A DNA stretch of 8,645 nucleotides from Candidatus Vampirococcus lugosii (GTDB taxonomy: Bacteria > Patescibacteriota > Gracilibacteria > Absconditabacterales > Absconditicoccaceae): positions 1 to 8,645 of the forward strand of contig NZ_JAEDAM010000043.1 in the NCBI RefSeq assembly GCF_018420025.1. The letters run 5' to 3'. A program made the position numbers and the translations under genes. Under the pieces are notes generated by a model, which was given only the letters and a program-made list of their open reading frames with translations, had not been told where the DNA came from and did no database searches. Positions 1-6,196 of this stretch are shown piece after piece; position 1 is the stretch's first letter, and each line of letters opens with the position of its first letter.

Positions 1-568
1 TACCTCCCTTCTTTGATTCAGTTATAATCTCAAAACTGAATTGAACATAATTCTTTGTAATGATATACGAGTTCAATCTCTTCCCAATATTATTATATTT
101 GTTGAAGTGTTTGTGATACTTTATTGGTAAGTCTATAATCATTTTATTACCAACACTGGCTATGTGTAACCAAGCATCGAATAATCTACTTTCTTCGGTT
201 TTATATCCACTATTCCTTGTTGGCACTAAGTCAGCAATGGTACAACTAACATACATTCTGTTACCTTTATGTACTGGTACAACCATTTTATTTGGCTTAT
301 CTTTCCATCTTTGTTTTGTTGCCAACACCATGTCAATTGCTTCTCTTGCAGCAACCTTTCGTAGTCGTGCAGATAACCATGTTTCTGGTAAATCCACCAA
401 CGGTTTTAATAATTGTGATTTTGAAGGGATGTTATTGAGGTCAGACCAAAAATGTTGAATGAAGAAATTAACTACCTTTCCATATTCGGTTAAGATAGTA
501 TTTAATTCCAACATCTTTTTCTTTGTTGTGAACTTCAAACTACATTTGGTTGACCTTATTAGTTTCAT
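1..568 (-). CDS. tnpB: TnpB/OrfB-like protein (IS607-associated, RNA-guided nuclease family); N-terminal 189 codons only, the rest lies beyond the left edge
   Basis: Not in the supplied track because there is no stop inside the window. Hand check: the minus-strand frame with codon tops at 568, 565 ... 4 has no TAA/TAG/TGA from 568 down to 2. The ATG at 568-566 overlaps the tnpA stop (TGA 567-565) as ATGA. Translation: MKLIRSTKCSLKFTTKKKMLELNTILTEYGKVVNFFIQHFWSDLNNIPSKSQLLKPLVDLPETWLSARLRKVAAREAIDMVLATKQRWKDKPNKMVVPVHKGNRMYVSCTIADLVPTRNSGYKTEESRLFDAWLHIASVGNKMIIDLPIKYHKHFNKYNNIGKRLNSYIITKNYVQFSFEIITESKKGG. This has the layout I recognise from TnpB N-terminal halves and stops just before where the RuvC-I GxDxG motif would be. 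It sits directly downstream of an IS607-type tnpA. Recognition is from memory of the family; no search was run. Confidence 0.8.
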   Translation of the reverse strand, partial: MKLIRSTKCSLKFTTKKKMLELNTILTEYGKVVNFFIQHFWSDLNNIPSKSQLLKPLVDLPETWLSARLRKVAAREAIDMVLATKQRWKDKPNKMVVPVHKGNRMYVSCTIADLVPTRNSGYKTEESRLFDAWLHIASVGNKMIIDLPIKYHKHFNKYNNIGKRLNSYIITKNYVQFSFEIITESKKGG

Positions 569-1182
569 TTCTTTTTTTGTTCTTTCAAATCTTTTTTACG
601 TTTAACGCTACGCTTACCATATAATTTACCACTAAAACTTGCCATGAGCATCATAATGTCATTAACAAATTCTTCTTCCTCTGAAATGTTTTTGTTTTCA
701 ATACATTCAATTTCTACATCATAACTATTAAAGAAGGTCTTAATCAAATTATATTGAAATCTGGTTAAACGGTCTTTGTTTTCAATTACAATTTTAATGA
801 TTTTTTTCTTAATAACCAAATCCACGAGTTTAGTGAATCCCACTCTCGTATCGGATAATCCAGAACCAACATCTTTTATTATATGTTCAACCTTATATTT
901 TTTCTTCGCACAATACTCCGATATTCTTTGAGATTGTCTATCCAAATCTCCTTTCTGTTTTTGTTCGTGAGAACTAACTCTGGCATAGGTTGCAACCGAA
1001 TGGTTAATATATTCGATTTTTTGTTCTCCCATGAATTTTAAAATATCATTTTCATTATATTTTCGATGACCACCAACAGTTCTAATTGATGAAAGTTTTC
1101 CTTCATTATCCCAAATACGAAGGGTTTTCTTGGTTACTCCAAGAAGTTCAGATACCTTTTGTATTGATAAGAGTTTACTCAT
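565..1182 (-). CDS. tnpA: IS607-family transposase TnpA (serine recombinase with N-terminal MerR-like HTH)
   Basis: N-terminal HTH (LLSIQKVSELLGVTKKTLRIWDNEGKL...GGHRKY) is followed by a serine-recombinase core (ATYARVSSHEQKQKGDLDRQ with the nucleophile Ser in YARVSS; IVIENKDRLTRF). HTH-then-catalytic order is characteristic of IS607 TnpA. The track start at 1194 is a TTG codon (plus-strand caa at 1192-1194). The ATG at 1182-1180 (MSKLLSIQ...) is the more likely start. Confidence 0.92.
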   Translation of the reverse strand: MSKLLSIQKVSELLGVTKKTLRIWDNEGKLSSIRTVGGHRKYNENDILKFMGEQKIEYINHSVATYARVSSHEQKQKGDLDRQSQRISEYCAKKKYKVEHIIKDVGSGLSDTRVGFTKLVDLVIKKKIIKIVIENKDRLTRFQYNLIKTFFNSYDVEIECIENKNISEEEEFVNDIMMLMASFSGKLYGKRSVKRKKDLKEQKKK

Positions 1183-1390
1183 TAGACTGTTCAAGAATTT
1201 TTAAAATAATTTCTTTACTGGAATCCAAAATCTTCTGAAATTCCCAAACTGAAATATCTTCATCAATATCAAGTTCAAAAGGTATTGGGTACACGTCACC
1301 ATTGTCGAGTTCGAATTCGTCTTTATCGACACGAACTACATTTAATGACTTCTTTTTAAGGTTCTCCATAATTTTATTAATCTTTTTCAT
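1175..1390 (-). CDS. Small acidic hypothetical protein (71 aa), translationally coupled to tnpA
   Basis: ATG at 1390-1388. Its stop TAA (1177-1175) overlaps the tnpA ATG (1182-1180) in the string ATGAGTAA. It has an acidic core (DKDEFELDNGDVYPIPFELDIDEDISVWE). I recognise no family. Confidence 0.5.
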   Translation of the reverse strand: MKKINKIMENLKKKSLNVVRVDKDEFELDNGDVYPIPFELDIDEDISVWEFQKILDSSKEIILKILEQSNE

Positions 1391-1430
1391 ATATAAATAC
1401 TTTAAATTTTCGTAAAAGTAATAAAATTTA

Positions 1431-1470
1431 GTTAAAATAAGTAGATTTTTGTATAATTTTGTTTAATTAT
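1431..1470. repeat. Four tandem 10-bp units, each starting with GT, in phase with the helical repeat (gttaaaataa/gtagattttt/gtataatttt/gtttaattat)
   Basis: Read directly: G occurs at 1431, 1441, 1451 and 1461 in a spacer that is otherwise almost free of G/C. The units are followed by palindromes GTTAAC (1473-1478) and GTTAATTAAC (1480-1489). Function is not established. Confidence 0.4.
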
Positions 1471-1473
1471 TTG

Positions 1474-1887
1474 TTAACTGTTAATTAACCCATTATCAAG
1501 TTTCATGTATTGATAAATTGGTTTATAATCGACAAAACAAAATTCTTTTTTATCAGGCATAATATATAAATCTATATTATATTTAAGAACAAAATCATTC
1601 CACCACTTATATTTTAAGCATGCATTTGTATCACATAAAATTAAAATAACTCTTTTAAAATCACCATTTATAATTCTATTTGAAATCATTTCTAATGAAT
1701 GAACTCCTATTATAGTAATTTCGTCATCAGTTATTTTTTCTGTTTTTTTACCACAATAAATACCCATATTTGTATTTTTACCAAAAAAATTATTAAATTT
1801 TACATTAGAAACATATAAGTCACAATCTAATGCTTCTGATAAATAAGGTGCTGCAAAAAATGCACTGTGTTCTGTAAGTATTATCAT
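1474..1887 (-). CDS. Hypothetical protein (137 aa), last gene of the glycosyltransferase operon
   Basis: ATG-initiated ORF lying 3 nt downstream of the preceding gene, on the same strand, which implies co-transcription. I recognise no motif with confidence. Confidence 0.6.
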   Translation of the reverse strand: MIILTEHSAFFAAPYLSEALDCDLYVSNVKFNNFFGKNTNMGIYCGKKTEKITDDEITIIGVHSLEMISNRIINGDFKRVILILCDTNACLKYKWWNDFVLKYNIDLYIMPDKKEFCFVDYKPIYQYMKLDNGLINS

Positions 1888-1890
1888 GTT

Positions 1891-2568
1891 TTATTTAATT
1901 TTAAATCTTGATTTTTTTCTTTTTAACAATGAAAAATATTTAGGACTATCATAAATTGGATTTTTTGTAATTAAATATTTTAATTCTGGATTTAAAAAAA
2001 TAGCAAAATTAGCTGATAATTGGTCTCTATGGGAATAGTTTTTTATCTCAAACCACCAATCATCAAAGAATTTTTTAACTCTTTCATTATTTTTAAACAA
2101 AATAACACCACCTTCAATCAATCCATTATTATATTCATAACCAAATTCTTTATGTCTTTCTTTTATTTTTTCAATGATTTCTTTTTTATCATATTTATTT
2201 TCAACAATAACATTAAATTGGTCTTTAATGCTTTTTTGTCTATGTTTCATAAATACAATATCTTTATTATCCAATCTTTTCAAATATTCGTTAATATCTT
2301 TAATTATCTTTATTCTACCATCAATGTAAAGATATACACCATATTTATTTAAATGTTTTAGTACTTGTGTTTTATACTCTTTTGATAATTTAATGTGGTC
2401 AATTTCATTTTTTGAATTATTATCGATATATATTATTTTCCAAAACTTTGATTTTATATTTCTATTATCTGTAAAACAAATATAATCCCAACCATTTGAT
2501 TTTATGTTATTATCATTTAAATCACAATAATTATTCGTAATCACGGTATATACACACTTTTTATTCAT
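1891..2568 (-). CDS. DUF616/TOD1-like putative glycosyltransferase
   Basis: N-terminal CVYTVITNNYCDLND...WDYICFTD and C-terminal SHRDQLSANFA match the pattern I recall for the DUF616 family (vYTaIfGnYD ... cFtD ... RDQLSf.y). Its ATG overlaps the upstream stop as ATGA (2568-2565). Confidence 0.65.
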   Translation of the reverse strand: MNKKCVYTVITNNYCDLNDNNIKSNGWDYICFTDNRNIKSKFWKIIYIDNNSKNEIDHIKLSKEYKTQVLKHLNKYGVYLYIDGRIKIIKDINEYLKRLDNKDIVFMKHRQKSIKDQFNVIVENKYDKKEIIEKIKERHKEFGYEYNNGLIEGGVILFKNNERVKKFFDDWWFEIKNYSHRDQLSANFAIFLNPELKYLITKNPIYDSPKYFSLLKRKKSRFKIK

Positions 2569-3611
2569 AATATTTCAACAAAACCATTAACTTCTCTTGA
2601 GATGGATTTGACTTCTTTTTTCAATGATTTTTTTAATAAATGATATTTTTTTCTCATCACTGATTTCATTGATGTATTATTGTTAATTGTTAATGCATTT
2701 GAATGTTTTCTTCTTAGGAAAAGAGATTTATTTAAGTTAAAAATTTTTATATTGTTATTTGCAAATCTCAACAATAATTCACCATCTGCAGCACAAATCC
2801 AAGGCATATAACCACCAAATTCATCAATTATTTTTTTCTTATAAAATATTACGCCACCAGAATATACTTTTTTATTGGTATATACTTCTTTATTTGAAAA
2901 ATTAATGTATTTAAATTTTATTACATCGTTATTTTCAATAACCAACATTATTTCATTAACCATATTATATAACATAATATCATCACTATCAAATCGAATA
3001 ATATTTTCAAATTTTACTAAATTTAATAATGTATTTGAAGTAACATATGTCCCTTTATTACTTTCCATTAAATAAATCTGTAAATTACGATACTTATAAC
3101 GAATTTTCATTAACTTATTTAAAGTTTTTTCACACCCATCAACTCCAACCAATATTTCATAATTATTAAAACCATCGAAGTATGTTTGTTTTTCAATACT
3201 ATCCAAACATTCTTCAATATAATTTTGTGTTTGATATGCCGTAACTATTATTGAAATTGGTTGTCTATCTTCAATTGTAATTAAATTAGAAACAACATCA
3301 TTATTTATTAATTTCGATTTGTTTGATTTAACCAATTCGACATTTACGGGCTGTATTTGCCCCAAACGTCTTTTCATTTTATCATCCATGACTTCATTAC
3401 TATTTGATTTTGGTTTATATATTATTTGTTGTTCATTTATAACCTTATCTTTAGTAACGTCTTTATTAACTGGTGTACTTTTTAGTTCATTATCAATCTT
3501 GGTCTTATATGGAGATTTTGATTTAACAATCTTATTTAAAGAAGTTTTTTTTTGTGTGTATTCAACCTTCTTTTTTATTATTTTTTTTATATTTGATTGT
3601 CTTCGTTTCAT
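2565..3611 (-). CDS. GT2-family glycosyltransferase with a lysine-rich N-terminal extension of about 118 aa
   Basis: Classical GT2 (GT-A) signature from residue ~119: ISIIVTAYQTQNYIEECLDSIEKQTY...YEILVGVDGCEKT...NKGTYVTSNTLL...IRFDSDDIM (DxD = DSDD). The N-terminus, MKRRQSNIKKIIKKKVEYTQKKTSLNKIVKSKSPYKTK..., is basic and low-complexity. Confidence 0.9.
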   Translation of the reverse strand: MKRRQSNIKKIIKKKVEYTQKKTSLNKIVKSKSPYKTKIDNELKSTPVNKDVTKDKVINEQQIIYKPKSNSNEVMDDKMKRRLGQIQPVNVELVKSNKSKLINNDVVSNLITIEDRQPISIIVTAYQTQNYIEECLDSIEKQTYFDGFNNYEILVGVDGCEKTLNKLMKIRYKYRNLQIYLMESNKGTYVTSNTLLNLVKFENIIRFDSDDIMLYNMVNEIMLVIENNDVIKFKYINFSNKEVYTNKKVYSGGVIFYKKKIIDEFGGYMPWICAADGELLLRFANNNIKIFNLNKSLFLRRKHSNALTINNNTSMKSVMRKKYHLLKKSLKKEVKSISREVNGFVEIL

Positions 3612-3638
3612 AAATTAATATATAATATATTATTTTCT

Positions 3639-4451
3639 TCAAAATCCATAATATTTAGATAAAACTATTTCAGGTTTAATATTAATTATATTATATTTAT
3701 GTCCATCAGCAGAAATAGCAATATTTTCATTTTCATAATTCAAATAAGCATCACGAACTTTATTAAAATGTTGTATGTTATTACCATACCTTAATTTTGA
3801 TGCAGCATTATATATTTTTTTAAAAATATCTTTTCTAACATAACTTAGATGATGCATCTTAATAAAAGACTTATCTAAAATATTAATTAAATTATTTTGT
3901 TTTATTCCTACTTTTCTTGTTGGGTCTACCTTGACACCACAAGGAAAATTCATTACTAAGTCATATTTTACAGGAAAAAAACCGCTTACGTATAAATCAC
4001 CATCCATATATTTAGATGAATTAATTAAATATTTTGTATCTTTATAATAAGCAACTAAAGGAAGATATGTTACTATTTCTGGATTGGTTTTATGTAATTC
4101 AATTAATTTATTAAATTCTTCAGTAACATAAAATTCATCACAATCCAATGTCATATAATGTGTACATCCCTTTGCCTGTGCCAATCTTTTTCCCTGATTT
4201 CTTTTATTAATTTGATTTTGGTGAATTGATGTTGATTTATCTAATCTAAAAAATACTAAATCATTAACTAATCCTCTATTTTTAAGGGATTTAACTATAT
4301 TAATTTCCTTTTCAGTTAACTTTTCATCATAATAACTTGTTGTTTGAAATATTATTGATATGTGATCAACTACATTTCTTATTTGATTAATCGAATCTTC
4401 CAGTAATTCAACACCATCAAAAACATTATAACTAACACCAAATTTATACAT
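3639..4451 (-). CDS. Putative GT-A fold glycosyltransferase
   Basis: The N-terminal strand plus helix (FGVSYNVFDGVELLEDSINQIRNVVDHISIIFQ) and a DxD-type motif (HYMTLDCDEFY) are typical of GT-A enzymes. It is embedded between two clear GT genes with gaps of 27 and 5 nt. Confidence 0.6.
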   Translation of the reverse strand: MYKFGVSYNVFDGVELLEDSINQIRNVVDHISIIFQTTSYYDEKLTEKEINIVKSLKNRGLVNDLVFFRLDKSTSIHQNQINKRNQGKRLAQAKGCTHYMTLDCDEFYVTEEFNKLIELHKTNPEIVTYLPLVAYYKDTKYLINSSKYMDGDLYVSGFFPVKYDLVMNFPCGVKVDPTRKVGIKQNNLINILDKSFIKMHHLSYVRKDIFKKIYNAASKLRYGNNIQHFNKVRDAYLNYENENIAISADGHKYNIINIKPEIVLSKYYGF

Positions 4452-4456
4452 AATTA

Positions 4457-5942
4457 CTACAAATTTATATTATTTTCATTTATAAATACTAATAATTTTT
4501 TATAATCCTCAACAAATCTCTCATTTCCACCACTTATTTTATTTCTTGATATAGATTCGTAGTGAATGGCAACTGCGTCACTAACAGTAATATTTTTTAA
4601 ACCCAATGATTTACATCTCAAATTTAATTCAACATCTTCTAAACATTCAATATAATCTTCATTGAAGCCATCAAAAGATTTAAATAATTTCTTTTTTATT
4701 AATAAAAATCCACCCGTATTACCGATTGAATTGTAATTAACATCAGTAGAATAATTATTTATTTTTTTTATGTCTTTATGTGAGATCATTAATCTATCAT
4801 CGTTCATTGATAATGTTATCCCATTATGCTGAATAGATGAATCACCATAATGTAATCTAATACCAATAGTACCGACAGTATCTTTATTTTCATTATAAAT
4901 CTGAACACATCTGCTTAATGCATCATTCAATAAAACAATGTCGTCATTGCAAAATAATAATAATTCAGTATCGTCTGATACATGATTTTTAACCACATCA
5001 TTATTAATTTTAGCAAAATTATAATAATTATATTTTATTAATTTAATTCTACTATTCAATAAACTCTTATATGTTTCGAAAACTTCTGGTTGACTTCCGG
5101 TATCTGCAATAATAATCTCATAATTATCATATTCAACTACATTATTCCATGAATTAATGTTATTGATTATGTATTTAAGATTATTTTTTGTTGGTATTAT
5201 TACAGTTACTTTTGGTTTTGATGTTAATTCAATATCAAAATCTTCAAAATCTGGTAATACCGAAATAGGTAATTCATCTTTATATTTTTCAGCCAATTGC
5301 TTACGACTTTCTTCCCACTGCTGATTGGTTTGACCAACACTTTTATGTAATATTCTAATATCTGTTGTAACGCCAATATTACAACCGTCCAAGTAGTTAG
5401 GTAAACAAAAACTGGTGTCGTAGTGATGAAATCCTTTAAAATCTTCGTCAAAATAGTGTTCTAAATTACTTGGATTAACTGCCATGAATAATCCATCGAT
5501 TAAAACAGTTGGTGTTATCTGACCCTTTCTTTCCACAGAGTATTGGCTAGTCCATTCCTGAATTCCATCTGTATGATCGACAATACCCACCATTTTAGTT
5601 CTGTCTGTCCACCACACACCGTTTTCCGGCATGTAAGTGCTACCCGCTACACCAATAATATCGTAATCGGTGAAATTGAATTTATGTAGTAAAATCTTGC
5701 CCCAATTTTTTGTTCTGAATATAATATCTGGATGTACAAATAATATAATAACATTATCCCCCTTATATTTATCAAGTGCTTTATTATAAATCTCAGTTAA
5801 TGAAAATTGATTATAGTTTTCATAACAAACAATATCATAGTTTTTAATACCGATGGTTTGTTTAATATGTTCAATAAATTTATTATTCTCAATATCACCT
5901 AAATGTGATGAAAATATTGTAATTATTTTATTTTTTTTTCAT
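4457..5942 (-). CDS. Two-domain glycosyltransferase: N-terminal Glyco_tranf_2_5-like GT-A domain plus C-terminal GT2 domain. As assembled, the ATG is out of frame by one base in an A9 tract
   Basis: C-terminal domain: KVTVIIPTKNNLKYI...YEIIIADTGSQPE...LLLFCNDDIVL (GT2). N-terminal domain: IDGLFMAVNPSNLEHYFDEDFKGFHHYDTSFCL...IRILHKSVG, matching the pattern I recall for Glyco_tranf_2_5. The track starts at ATG 5632, but I verified that the same frame is open up to 5938. That stretch encodes KKNKIITIFSSHLGD...GDNVIILFVHPDIIF...DIIGVAGSTY, the missing first half of the N-terminal GT-A domain. This frame contains no ATG/GTG/TTG. ATG 5942-5940 joins it if the A9 run (5931-5939) is read as A8, giving 494 aa. 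Confidence 0.8.
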
Positions 5943-6183
5943 AATTAATCCACTTATCATATTTTCTACTTAATCCAAATTTACTACCAGAATAGATAAA
6001 ATTCATAAATTTTATTGCATCCTTCTGTTTAGATATTGTTATTTGCGAATATCTACCTTGTTTAGTTATATATCTATAACATTTATAATCAATATCAATT
6101 AAATTAAAAAAAGACCAATCATAGTCGTAAGTTCCACTAAATCTAACCCTAATATAATTTCTACCATCACATGAGATTGACAT
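5923..6183 (-). CDS. LAGLIDADG homing endonuclease, C-terminal fragment
   Basis: In this frame the five codons just upstream of its ATG read DADGN, so the frame carries the rest of the motif (FFRGFF|DADGNMSISCDG...). The C-terminal GLSRKYDKW resembles the conserved L.RK tail of this family. Confidence 0.8.
   Translation of the reverse strand: MSISCDGRNYIRVRFSGTYDYDWSFFNLIDIDYKCYRYITKQGRYSQITISKQKDAIKFMNFIYSGSKFGLSRKYDKWINYEKKIK
5931..5939. repeat. T9 (sense-strand A9) homopolymer immediately after ATG 5942-5940
   Basis: Counted directly in tttttttttc at 5931-5940. The sense strand reads ATG AAA AAA AAA TAA as assembled. Confidence 0.95.
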
Positions 6184-6196
6184 ATTACCATCTGCA

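Larger units (their letters stand above)
1..1390 (-). mobile_element. Partial IS607-family element (tnpA + tnpB, possibly with an upstream small ORF); boundaries not resolved
   Basis: Canonical tnpA-tnpB pair with ATGA coupling. IS607 elements lack clear terminal inverted repeats, so the ends cannot be read off directly. The tnpA-proximal end must lie between 1183 and about 1473. The tnpB-proximal end, where any omega-RNA would be, is outside the window. Confidence 0.75.

Noticed and set aside
162-458. Plus-strand 98-aa ORF from the track
   Set aside because: It lies entirely antisense to the verified open tnpB frame (568 to 2). The product is hydrophobic and low-complexity with no recognisable motif, so it is a shadow ORF.
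1183-1194. Track start of tnpA at 1194
   Set aside because: That codon is TTG. The ATG four codons downstream (1182-1180) gives the usual MSKLLSI... HTH N-terminus and forms the ATGAGTAA overlap with the upstream ORF.
1-1473. G+C shift as a marker of the IS boundary
   Set aside because: Hand counts of sample 60-nt lines give 25/60 and 22/60 G+C inside tnpB (301-420), against 8/60 and 10/60 in GT genes (2161-2220, 3001-3060). However, 5521-5580 inside the GT island is 26/60, so composition is too heterogeneous to define a boundary.
2020-3618. Plus-strand ORFs 2020..2352, 2875..3075 and 3319..3618
   Set aside because: All are antisense to motif-bearing GT genes. Their Phe/Ile/Leu-rich translations are what antisense reading of AT-rich Lys/Asn-rich genes produces.
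5224-5451. Nested minus-strand 75-aa ORF
   Set aside because: It lies wholly inside the two-domain GT gene in another frame and has no motif. The GT frame carries clear conserved motifs there.
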